Below are positions 49,171 through 60,347 of a stretch of 64,000 nucleotides of DNA, piece by piece (positions within the stretch are counted from its first letter, which is position 1; each line of letters begins with the position of its first letter). The notes beneath the pieces are model-generated. The model searched no databases. It saw nothing but the letters and a program-made list of their open reading frames with translations, and had not been told where the DNA came from. The translations under genes and the position numbers were made by a program. This stretch comes from Eutreptiella sp. 'Long Island Sound 2002'. Its lineage: Eukaryota > Protista > Euglenida. The stretch covers positions 176,266,001-176,330,000 of the forward strand of contig OZ038378.1 of assembly GCA_964036045.1 (NCBI GenBank), given 5' to 3'.

Positions 49171-49775
49171 ATGGGATGGGATGGGAGTGTGTCCAACACC
49201 TGCCAGACACATCGCAGAGCCAATGATGTGCACCAGCCGGCCGTGCCGCAGGCTGCCCCGCACTGGACTCGGAGCCACTCAAACCACCACAGACCCATTC
49301 CGAGACTGGCGCAGTGAAGTTTTCTCACACATCCTAGGGGCCGATGTACCTGTTTGGAGGTCACAGGCAAGGGGCACGGCAGTCAGAGACATGAACCCGC
49401 CCTTGCACACGTAGCAGGAGCTGGTCTGGGACTTCTAACTTCACCACGAATATTGTAGGTCCACACCATCGGGTCCCAGAGGGATTGAGTGTACCATAAA
49501 GACCAGCACCGAGCCCACTGCATGCAGATGCATCCAAGTCGATGCACCCACAAGGGGGGCTCGAACCGGACGCTCATGAACGAGCACCATTCGTGCAGAC
49601 CGGGTCCTGGAACCTGACACAAGAGCCGCGGCTTCATCCGCCCCTGCACTTGTAGCCGCATAGACAGTTGTCAACCTGCCCTGCCGCAGGGGCTGGACAT
49701 GTGGAGGTGGTATGCTGAGGCGTCCATATAACTGCAATTCCCAGTGGGCCAGTCCACGCAACACTAGGCCAACCA
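49171..49775 (-). mobile_element. Mirror copy of the 3' end of the 28808-32112 retroelement
   Basis: atgggatgggatgggagtgtg.. is the reverse complement of 31508-32112. Confidence 0.9.
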
Positions 49776-51189
49776 ATGCTACGGTTGCAGACATCCAATA
49801 TTGAGTCCATCGTGGCACAAACCAAACTTTTACATTGGTGTGCACATTGGCATGCACAAACCACCAACAAGCAACTGGGTCCCATCTCGGCGGACCAGAT
49901 CTATTTGTGACCATCGTGCCCCACTTCATGTTTTTGTTCTGGGCCTTCTGGTTCTGGCATTCCTGGCCTTCTTTTGCGATGACCAGCCTGCTTCACTGTT
50001 TACCCCACTGCAAGAGAACAACTCTTTCAGCTCGACTCGCAAAATGGCGGCGTACTGTCGGCTGAGAGCACAATGGCCACATCATCAACTGCATGCCTGG
50101 CTCTTTGCCTGGCTCTGGGGTGCATGACGACCTTGTGCTTTGATTGTGAGATACAGTATCTTTACTGAAACAGCTACACTACAAAAGTGTTGCTCTTTCC
50201 AAACAAGATATTCTTCTTTTCAACAAGATGTTCCTGAAACTGCTGAATATCAAACAAATCCTAAAGATTTGCGGCACAAGGTGGTGTTGTCTGCAAAAAA
50301 AAAAACGCAAAAAAAAACGCAACAAAAAATAATTTTTGGCGTCATGCCCTGCGCAAAAATGGGTTCCGCAAAAATAAAACTCGCAACATATTTTTTGCCG
50401 CTGCCTCCCCCTTTTGCACTGATGCCAGAATCACAGGAGAGTTTGCCCCACTGCTTGTCTCATGCCCCATTCTGCACCTTGCTTTGCTTTCAGAGAATGA
50501 TGAATCAGGGACCAGGTATCAGGGCATCCAAGATTGTCACAATATTAGATATTTCAATCCGGATGCTGATGTGCCCCGAAGCAGATAAAGGGGCTATTTC
50601 TGCATGTTTCCCCCCCCCTTTTGGATGCCGTCGCAAAAATTTTGCTTAATAATTATTCAAAACACCCAACACAAAAATTAGGATTCCGCGAATCTTTAGG
50701 ATTTGTACGGTATTTGTGCACATAAGCATACCGTGGGTCAAAGGGAGCTCTGCTGATCCATCGATCCAAGAATCTCCACGACGAGAACAAATTGAAGCTG
50801 AAAGTTCTGCGCCCAGCAGTTCCCATGCGCACTCCAAATCTGCTCTTCGGCGAACCGGCCGACGAGAGAGGCGGCGTGGCAAGTTTGACGACTCAGCAGC
50901 CGATTCATCCAGTTGCACTCGTTCATTCCCCGACGTTGGTGGTTCATGGTTGTATTTGGCAGTGCTTTGGGACATATGATAATCTAGCTTGATAAAACAA
51001 AGCAAGCCGGGAATGAAGGTAAAAAGTTTACTTATGACAAATGTAGAAGGAACCAGTGCAGTTCGTGCGCGTGTCGTAGACCGAGTTCCACTTTTGTTCC
51101 GACAAAATGTGGAAGCCATGTTTGTTAATCATCTGAGAAATCACATTGGAAAACACCCCGAAGTTGCAGTTCTTGTTCTGACCCGTCAC
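49775..51189 (-). repeat. Left arm (B') of second inverted duplication
   Basis: aatgctacggttgcagac.. to ..tgttctgacccgtcac is the reverse complement of 51508-52923. Confidence 0.96.
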
Positions 51190-51669
51190 CGTTTCGTGCT
51201 GTTTTCGGACACAGCTGACGTGCGCTTCGGCATGGATCCATTCCAGTGGCTGGAACCGAACATAAAGCATATCGGCAACGAGCTGATGGTTGGCACAGAA
51301 GTCGGCAGGGACCGTAAAAGATGGCTCCGTTGGGTGGGCAACAAGGTGAAAGAGTGCTACCAAGCCAAAGTTCAGAGAACGACCATTTTGAAGGATATCG
51401 AGGGTTTGCAGAAACTGTGCAACCCTGGCTCTGGTGTTGCAGGCAGCGCGACTGCAGTCAGCAAGCTGCTGGCTGTGCTCAACCACGAGCTGTTAGAAGT
51501 GTTGAATGTGACGGGTCAGAACAAGAACTGCAACTTCGGGGTGTTTTCCAATGTAATTTTTCAGATGATTAACAAACATGGCTTCCACATTTTGTCGGAA
51601 CAAAAGTGGAACTCGGTCTACGACACGCGCACGAACTGCACTGGTTCCTTCTACATTTGTCATAAGTAA
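51190..51669 (+). pseudogene. 5'-truncated GT-A type glycosyltransferase-like gene
   Basis: FVLFSDTADVRFGMDPF (D..DV.F..DPF), CNPGSGVAG, NCNFGVF and terminal YICHK*; upstream in-frame sequence is the reverse complement of its own 3' end. Confidence 0.6.
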
Positions 51670-52923
51670 ACTTTTTACCTTCATTCCCGGCTTGCTTTGT
51701 TTTATCAAGCTAGATTATCATATGTCCCAAAGCACTGCCAAATACAACCATGAACCACCAACGTCGGGGAATGAACGAGTGCAACTGGATGAATCGGCTG
51801 CTGAGTCGTCAAACTTGCCACGCCGCCTCTCTCGTCGGCCGGTTCGCCGAAGAGCAGATTTGGAGTGCGCATGGGAACTGCTGGGCGCAGAACTTTCAGC
51901 TTCAATTTGTTCTCGTCGTGGAGATTCTTGGATCGATGGATCAGCAGAGCTCCCTTTGACCCACGGTATGCTTATGTGCACAAATACCGTACAAATCCTA
52001 AAGATTCGCGGAATCCTAATTTTTGTGTTGGGTGTTTTGAATAATTATTAAGCAAAATTTTTGCGACGGCATCCAAAAGGGGGGGGAAAACACGCAGAAA
52101 TAGCCCCTTTATCTGCTTCGGGGCACATCAGCATCCGGATTGAAATATCTAATATTGTGACAATCTTGGATGCCCTGATACCTGGTCCCTGATTCATCAT
52201 TCTCTGAAAGCAAAGCAAGGTGCAGAATGGGGCATGAGACAAGCAGTGGGGCAAACTCTCCTGTGATTCTGGCATCCGTGCAAAAGGGGGAGGCAGCGGC
52301 AAAAAATATGTTGCGAGTTTTATTTTTGCGGAACCCATTTTTGCGCAGGGCATGACGCCAAAAATTATTTTTTGTTGCGTTTTTTTTTTTGCGTTTTTTT
52401 TTTGCAGACAACACCACCTTGTGCCGCAAATCTTTAGGATTTGTTTGATATTCAGCAGTTTCAGGAACATCTTGTTGAAAAGAAGAATATCTTGTTTGGA
52501 AAGAGCAACACTTTTGTAGTGTAGCTGTTTCAGTAAAGATACTGTATCTCACAATCAAAGCACAAGGTCGTCATGCACCCCAGAGCCAGGCAAAGAGCCA
52601 GGCATGCAGTTGATGATGTGGCCATTGTGCTCTCAGCCGACAGTACGCCGCCATTTTGCGAGTCGAGCTGAAAGAGTTATTCTCTTGCAGTGGGGTAAAC
52701 AGTGAAGCAGGCTGGTCATCGCAAAAGAAGGCCAGGAATGCCAGAACCAGAAGGCCCAGAACAAAAACATGAAGTGGGGCACGATGGTCACAAATAGATC
52801 TGGTCCGCCGAGATGGGACCCAGTTGCTTGTTGGTGGTTTGTGCATGCCAATGTGCACACCAATGTAAAAGTTTGGTTTGTGCCACGATGGACTCAATAT
52901 TGGATGTCTGCAACCGTAGCATT
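51508..52923 (+). repeat. Right arm (B) of second inverted duplication
   Basis: gtgacgggtcagaac.. to ..caaccgtagcatt; a few SNPs versus B' (e.g. 51147-51153 versus the mirror at about 51544-51560). Confidence 0.96.
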
Positions 52924-54299
52924 TGCTCTGTGGGCCATGTGCTGAAAGAAGTGCTCCTGGTAGAGTTATGAGCACGCCAATATCTGCATCATTGCAGCGA
53001 ATGGCCCGGCCCTCATGGCCCTCATGACAACCATTGTGCATGGTGAATGTTATGCTTAATCGTCATGCTGGTCATGATTGCCCCAGAACCAAATGCAGAC
53101 CCAGAGTGTGACCTTGTGAGAGCTTGACCAGCCGTTGCGGACCAGTGCCTGCGTCCCCAAATTAATGTCAACTCCAGGACATCCACCAGGACGTGCACAA
53201 GCAGATTGAAGGCCTTGCTTGATCTTGATCTGGACTGGACCTCTTTTTGGACATGCAGCTCAGGTCCAGATATGAGCCCAAAGTAGTAATCGGGATCAAC
53301 AGCGTCTGGATATGTCAAGGCAGCACCGGCAGACAAATTTACGATCTTTCAGAATGTGCGCCCTGTGGCTTGGCTTTACGGTAGCGTGATGACTTAGTTG
53401 CAGTTTTCACTCTGGCTGCGGGGCCTCTGGGATTCTAGGACACCTGATTTGGAGGCGTCACTCTAAGATGTGTTTACTTTGGGACACTGGATAATACCTT
53501 TTCTTTCTATATTGGTTGTTCAGATTGGCACCATGAAGTGTTTTTACTGCCCACAAAAAGACGCGTCTGTGGTCCCCTGGGATTCATTGTCCCCCGATGA
53601 TCACTGATGCTGGTCAGGGGGCAGTTTGTGACTTGTGGTTCGCTCTGCACGCCCCAGTGCGTTCTTCAGCCGCCATTCTTCAAGCACCTCATTGTCAGCC
53701 CCCCAATCAGTGGATTCTGGGCTGCAGGTGCCTTGGGGTCCTCTAGTTGTGTCTGGTGCAGCCACGTCTTTGGCCACAGGGTCAGTGGAATCTGGGGTTG
53801 TGGAGCCTTCAGCGTCTGTTGCAGAGTCTTCTACTGCTGCCACAGGGCCTGCCACAGGGTCCCATCAGATTGACTACTGCAGGACAGCTTTGGTTGCAGA
53901 TCAGAGCCACAAGGTCTGCTGCACACCCACCCAGCACACAGTCAGATGGGAATGGGAAACCTGTGTGCAGTCATCTTTTCCGGCAAGCTTTGTTTGTGCA
54001 GTGAAAACCATTTTTCTCCTCAGAACCACGGGGGGCTCGCCGGCACCGGACCCTTTACGCCGACTCCCCCCCCCTCCCCCCCCCCCCCCTCCCTGGAAAT
54101 TGGCTGGAAAGTGCCGGACCATGGGCGCCGAAGGTGCCCGAAGCAAATTTTGCTTGAATTAGTAGAGGGTGAAAAAATGGGTTTTTACCCCATGTGTCTA
54201 CACTCAAAATACTCAGTTTTTTAGGGAGAACCCAATAATGGATGAAAACCAAATTGGACCAAATATCAATACCACCCCTGTGCACAGGTATGTCAGAGT

Positions 54300-54370
54300 T
54301 GGGCCATACCCTAGTGGTAAAGCAGTGCCTCTGCAATTGAAGGCCCTAGGTGCGAACCCCAGTGGGGGCA
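54300..54370 (+). pseudogene. Degenerate tRNA-like sequence (Cys-like GCA loop), possible SINE head
   Basis: tagtggtaaagca A-box/D-loop, ctgcaat anticodon loop, ctagg-tgcgaac-cccag T arm with mismatches; acceptor stem does not pair. Confidence 0.4.
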
Positions 54371-54489
54371 CTCTACTGGGACCACAGGTAGGGTCAAGGA
54401 CATCATGGGAAATTTTTTGTTTTTGTTTTTTTTTGTTTTTTTAGTGCTTTGTTTTTGTCCCCTTTGTTGGGTATCCCTGAGAAAGCAGG

Positions 54490-54762
54490 GTTGACGTAGC
54501 ATTTCCGCCCACTTGTGGGTCCCCCAGAAGGCAGGGTTTAGGCAGCCAATTCTGATTTTGTCCCCATTTGTTTGGGGACCCCCGAGAATGCAGGGGTGAT
54601 GTAGCATCTCCGCCCTCTTTTGGGCCCACTTTGATTTTGTCCCCGCGCTTTGCGTTGGGGACCCCCGAGAATGCAGGGGTGATGTAGCATTGCCGCCCTC
54701 TTCTGGGCCCACTTTGATCTTGTCCCCTTTGTTGGGGACCCCCGAGACGGCAGGGGTGAGGT
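54490..54762 (-). repeat. Variant subfamily of the 80-85 bp satellite
   Basis: Matches 2130-2398. Confidence 0.8.
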
Positions 54763-54764
54763 AG

Positions 54765-55283
54765 GTGAGCCCCCAATGCACAACCACGGTTTGGTTGTAC
54801 AGTATGGCCGCCCATTTTGCTGCCCTCCATCCCAACGATCCCATTCCACCTGGCCTTCGTGTCACCGAGGAGGAGGAAGCATCCTTTCGCGGATGGAACG
54901 TTTGTGCCCTCAAGAGCGGGTCAAAAAGGCAAAAAGTGGCTGGTGATACACCCACTCCTTCCATCACAGCTTTCACCAACAACTCCTCCTCCTCCTCCTC
55001 CTCCTCCTCCTCCTCCTCCTCCTCCTCCTCCTCTTCCTCCTCTACAACGCCCCCTATGCCACCAACATCATCTCATACTCCACCCATGGCGCCGTCCGAA
55101 TCGGAGGCCACTACGGAGGGGGATTGTCGGACACGGCCGTTGAAGTCCACTGGGAAGCGGGCAAGAGACAAGAAGCGCCTGGACGCACTTCTCGAGGCCA
55201 AAAAGAAGAGAACTCGGGAAGCAACGGATTCCTCTAGTGACGACGAGGACTACTTTGATCGTCCGGTGGACAAGCGCTCTTAG
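54765..55283 (+). pseudogene. C-terminal remnant of a protein with a truncated C2H2-like finger, poly-Ser and basic tail
   Basis: PQCTTTVWLYSMAAHFAALHP (C..H..H half finger) begins right at the satellite edge; open for 172 codons to DKRS*. Confidence 0.4.
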
Positions 55284-56049
55284 CGCCCCTTCCATTACCT
55301 TCCTCAACTCCATCACTCCAATCACCCATGTTTTGAGGCCCCAAGGAGGAGAACCCCATGAAGGGCACGCGGCGCGTTGGTGCACACGATGTACAACCGG
55401 CGTGCGGGCATAGTGCGTACGCACGTTGTGGGCACGTAGTGCGCGGAGAGAACTTTTTTTAAAAAAAACGTATTGCGCGCGTTGCAAACCCTTCCCCCCC
55501 TCTCCTCTAAAGGGTTTCGAAACATACATCAACTCCTTCTTCACAACATTCATGGTTCGGCCTGGGTGGGGCGCCACTGGCAACAGTGGCCGGGAATTGA
55601 CTCGGGGGTGCCCTTAAACACAAATACCACCTACCATGCCCCCCCCCCCCTGTTGCAATTTTTTTTTGCCAACATACATACTGCAAAAATGTCTACCGCG
55701 ATGAGGGGGTCATTTTAAGCCGTATATGTTGGGGTCCGGGTGCCCCCCTCCCCTTCAGCCGGCCCCAGACCCAGCCCCCCCCCCCCCCCCCCCCCCCGCC
55801 CTGAAATTGGCTGGAAAGTGGGAGGGAGTCAGCGTATGGCCCGTTGCTACGCCCCCCCCGTGCTCAGAACAAGTGACAAAAAGTGCAAAAAACAATGGCC
55901 CCTGGAATTGAAGCGATTTGGGGGTTTCTCTGATTTGGCCGTTTCGTTCTGCTGATTTGTTGGGGCTTCTGGCTCTGAACCACAGCTATTTAATTTTTAG
56001 ACCAGGGCATACCCCCCCCCCCCCCCTTGTATAACCTACGCCCTTTTCA

Positions 56050-56248
56050 GGGGCAGGAGAGTGGAACAAGCTGTGGCGGCGCCTCACGGCGCCTTGCTGG
56101 ACCTGTGAACAATCAGTGTTGGCGCCTGACGGCGCCGAATTGGACAGTATAGCCATCTGTGCCGCGGCTGCGCCGCGTGAAACTTGATGAGGGCATACGT
56201 CTGTCGGTGGGGACGTATTGCTGGACTTTCCACCGCTCTGCAGATAAG
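56050..56248 (+). mobile_element. 199-bp 3'-terminal fragment of the adjacent retroelement
   Basis: Near-identical to 59069-59267; flanked by ctacgcccttttc at 56036-56048 and 56249-56261. Confidence 0.9.
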
Positions 56249-56261
56249 CTACGCCCTTTTC

Positions 56262-59200
56262 TTGCCAGGGCGACACATGGTGGATCACATTGTGTATGCA
56301 CGGTCGGAGTGGGAGTGACTGCCTGAGCAAATCATGGTAGCGGTGGACTTTAGGAAAGCGTACGACTCAGTGACTTTTACTATGATGGAGGCGTCACTGC
56401 GTGACTACGTGAACAGTACGTGAAATTATTGTTGTCTGTGATGGCGGCACCAGTTCTTTTCTGTGTGGGCCGCGCGTTTGAGCCTTCAGTGTTTTTGCAT
56501 CCCAAATCTGGGATCAGGCAGGGGGACCCGCTGTCCCCACTGCTGTTTGACGTAATCACGGTATTCCTTATCTATGACATTAAGTCACTGCATGTAGATG
56601 TCCACATCCTGCTGTATGCCGATGACATTTTATTTTGTGTACCAGGGTGTGGTCTATAGCATCGTAGGGACTTGCGTGTGGTGCTGTACCGCCTGAGAGT
56701 CTTTGGTGTTTTTTCTGGACTCCAGGTGAACCCCCAAAAAACGTATGCCATCATGAAGAGCCCGGGGCTGGACCCCGGGTCAGCCGGGCCCGGCTGGCCC
56801 GGCAGCCGAAAACAGTGGCGGGGGTTATCGTCAAAAAGGATATTCGCTATTTGGCAGTACAGCTAGGCAACATCACATCCGACGTGGCATACGCGAGGGT
56901 GATTTCGCGGATGCTCCTGCGGGCCAGGGCTATGGCGGCGCTGCCGCTAGGACTAGAGGAGAAAGTATTTTTGTTTGCCTCTTGGGTGGCGCCGGTGTGC
57001 TACTTGACGGCGAGGGCATACCAGCCGTCGCAGCATGTGTGTTCACAGATGGATATGGTGCACCGGACGGCGCTGGGCATAAGCACGTGGCATCCAACTA
57101 TGTCAATTTTGGTTAGGCCCCCAAGGGAGGGCGGGCTGGGGCAGGCGAGCCTGTCAGCGTATGCACAGTGGACACACAGCCATACCTTTGCGCAGTATGT
57201 CCAGAGGCTGTCACAGTTTGCTGAGCGGCACGTGGGACCTTTTCGCCGGTGGGCGGGGGCGCAGGGGATGCTGTTCAATGAAGAGTTTTCGCCGTTTTTT
57301 CAGATGAGCCCCCTGCCGATATCGATGCCCTCCTTCCTGCAGGGCTCACTGAAGAGTTACTTAGCGGTGCGCAGGTGGGGGGGTGAAGTGCCCCCCCCTC
57401 CAGCAGCGAGGCTGCCTCTAATGCCGGTGTGGCATAATGCTCTGTTTGCGAATGCCTTCCATCTGACCTACCACTGCCCGGCATTGCTGAAAAAAGGGGT
57501 GCTGCGGTGGGTGGACCTGGTGGAGGGGGGGGCCATACCCCTGAGCTTGTATGATTGCATTGCGCCCACTTGGCAGGGAGTGTACTTAGAGGGTGTACAC
57601 CGATTGTTGACGCCGCCTCCGGTGGCTCAGCCACAGTTCGTGGGTCCAAAGCTGGGGCGCTGGATGAGCAACTGGTTGACGAGAAAAATGATGCTGTATA
57701 TGCAGCACAAGCGGCGGCATGAGCCGCGACAGCCACCGGAAGTGTGGCAGGCTTTTGGGCGACTGTTTTTGCCAAAGTGGGATCGGGATTTCATGCGCAG
57801 AGCGCTATGGAAAAAATTGCCGCCGGGCACGCGCATGGAAAGGTTGGGGGGCAAACTATGCCCGCTGGATGGGAGGGTGGAAGACCACGAGCACGTTTTT
57901 CGCCATTGCATGTTCTCCGCGTTTATGCAGAGCATAGTGAGAAAGGCGTTTGGGATGGTGGAGGCGGGGGGGGTGAAGGTGGAGCCGAGCCGCTTGCTGA
58001 GAGACGTCCCTCTGCTATCCATTACAACCACCCAGGGGCTGCTGTTGTGGGCGGGACTTAAGGCACAATGGAACCTGCGGTGCCGGGCGAAATACCAACG
58101 CCAACCAGCGACGCTGGACGAATTTATTGCAGGGTGGGTGGGGGTCCTACGGCGCTGGCGCGCCGAGTCCAACATGTCGGTGCCGCGGCGTGACCTGTTT
58201 TTGTTTATCAAAATCCTGGATGGATGGTTCGATAATCCAGAGATGCCGGGGATTTTTCAGGGACCTCCCCAGCAGCCAACCACGGTTGGTGGAGGGCCGC
58301 AGGTGGACAAACAACAGATGAAGGAGGCAAAATGGGGTGCATACAAGACAAAATTGGTGGCAGAACTGGAGAGCTTGTCTGGGGAGGGCTGGACCGTCGT
58401 CTACACAGACGGGTCTGCAAAAGTGGTCAGAGGTTGGGCTGAGGCAGCATATGGGGCCTGGTACGGGCCGGGTTCCCTGCCCAACAGTTCTGACTTTGTC
58501 CCTGTGGGAGAAAAGCAAAGTGTGAGCAGGGCAGAGCCAAGGGGGGTCCTGCATGCTGTCCGCAGCAGGCGATGGGAGGAGCGCATGATCGTAGTGTTAG
58601 AACCGGAGTATGTGTTCAAGGGGACCACGCAGTGGTCCAGTAAGTGACAACGCCATCACTGGAGGGTGTCAGGTAGGGAGGTGGAGCGCAGGGAACTGTG
58701 GATGGCTGTCCTGGCGGAGCGGGAGCTCGCAGGGGACCGACTCCAGGTACGATGGGTGCCGTCTCATCTGGGGGTGGCGGGAAATGAGGAGGCAGACAAG
58801 ATGGCAGAACGGGGGAGACTGCAGCATCCGTATAATGAGGACTCCCTCCCTAAACGACGCCGCCTTGAGCAGCAGTGGGAGGAGTTGGGGCTCGAGGTAA
58901 TGTCTTCTGGGGAGGGGGAGGCCAGCGACAGTGGATATTCGCATAGCATAGGGAGCCTGCTTGGGGAGGAGGGTGCACCCGAAGCAACACCAGCATCGAG
59001 TTTGGACTTGCTGGGGTGGGGGGACAGTGATGACTACAGCACGGATGTCAGTGATAATCCCAGGAAGCGGGGCAGGAGAGTGGGGCAAGCTGTGGCGGCG
59101 CCTCACGGCGCCTTGCTGGACCTGTGAACAATCAGTGTTGGCGCCTGACGGCGCCGAGTTGGACAGTATAGCCATATGTGCCGCGGCTGCGCCGCGTGAT

Positions 59201-59267
59201 ACTTGATGAGGGCATACGTCTGTCGGTGGGGACGTATTGCTGGACTTTCCACCGCTCTGCAGATAAG
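56262..59267 (+). mobile_element. 5'-truncated L1/Tx1-like non-LTR retrotransposon (RT, zf-RVT, RNase H), lightly degenerate
   Basis: VDFRKAYDSV, GIRQGDPLSPLLF, LLYADD, GLQVNPQKT, RYLAVQLG; CPLDGRVEDHEHVFRHC; VYTDGS..SRAEPR..VRWVPSHLGVAGNEEADKMA; a few stops and frameshifts. Confidence 0.92.
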
Positions 59268-60140
59268 CTACGCCCTTGTCCAAGCTACAGTAGGCGTAGG
59301 GACCGTATTAATTTGGGACCTAATTTCAATTCGGTACCAAACGCAGCGCAGCCACATAAGACATGGGTTTGGTGACGGATTTGCGAGTTGCATAGTGTCA
59401 TGGACATATTTGTTGTGAGTGTTTGCCCATTTGAACCCACATAGCTCTGATTTTGGGGATGTTTGTGCATTATATGCCCCTTTCTTGCACCAGCTCACCA
59501 TGCAATCCTCTCTTTTTGAACCTGGACGCCCGGTGTTGGTTGTCGTATGTGTCGCACGCAAGCTACACCGACCAAGCTACAGTAGGCGTAGGGACCGTAT
59601 TAATTTGGGACGTTGGCGTAGCTTATACAAGGGGGGGGGGGTACAAGGGGTTAAACTAACAATTCAACCCCTTGGGGTAGGGTACGTGAATAGGCCCAAA
59701 AAGGCCCAAAATGGGGGGGTATGTGGCGTTTTCCCCTCTATACGCCTGCCTGGCCTTGATCTAACAACCTCTGCGAGGTGATTCAAAATGCTCTAAATGA
59801 ATCGGGGAATTCAAAAATGCCCCCAAAACGGAGAAGTTTTTTTCGACCCCCCCCCCTCACGGACCCCCCGCCCACGCTGCAGGGGTTGGGGTCTAGAATT
59901 GCACTGCAGTGCTCCCCCTGTTCGATGGATGTTGCTTCCCGACCACTGGTCAACCGTCGGTAACCGCTTCTTGCAAGCGCTCTTGAAACCGCCTTTAGTC
60001 CCAGCACTCCGCGGGTCCTAGGACGCCAACTACCCCCCTCCCCTGAGGGGGCCTCTGTTGTGGGGGGGTAGTTGGCGTCGAGGAGCCCCCCCCCCCCCCC
60101 CCGGGCCCCGCCCTCCCTCGAATCCGCTCTTTCCTTGCAG

Positions 60141-60347
60141 GCTGCGGGCGTTCCCCCGAGCAGCTCAGTCCTGTCCTCCTTGGCAGATCGCTACCTCGAG
60201 GCCCAGCAAGTCACAAAACTGGCGACGCTGGTTGGGGACATGCGCCAGTGCGGCCTGCCCCTGCCAGCGGCAGTGCAATCCCTTCAGGCCCTGTACCGGC
60301 CCTCCAAAGGCCTAGAGTCTCTGCACGCCGTCCAGGATTTACTGAAG
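60141..60347 (+). CDS. Probable internal exon of a helical-repeat (PPR-like) protein
   Basis: tctttccttgcag acceptor, open frame AAGVPPSSSVLSSLADRYLEAQQVTKLATLVGDMRQCG.., aag|gtccac phase-0 donor. Confidence 0.45.

Larger units (their letters stand above)
40876..49775 (-). repeat. Right arm (A') of large inverted duplication
   Basis: Starts accacgactgtgtctcatcatgagagg and ends ..cactaggccaacca; 583 bp longer than the left arm, mostly one extra satellite higher-order unit near 47480-48600. Confidence 0.97.

Noticed and set aside
50989-51189. Native N-terminus for the 226-aa ORF (KHPEVAVLVLT looks GT-like)
   Set aside because: It is the reverse complement of the better-matching NCN..HK C-terminus, so probably coincidental.
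52571-53340. Cys/His-rich minus-strand ORFs
   Set aside because: No family recognised; frame ambiguous.
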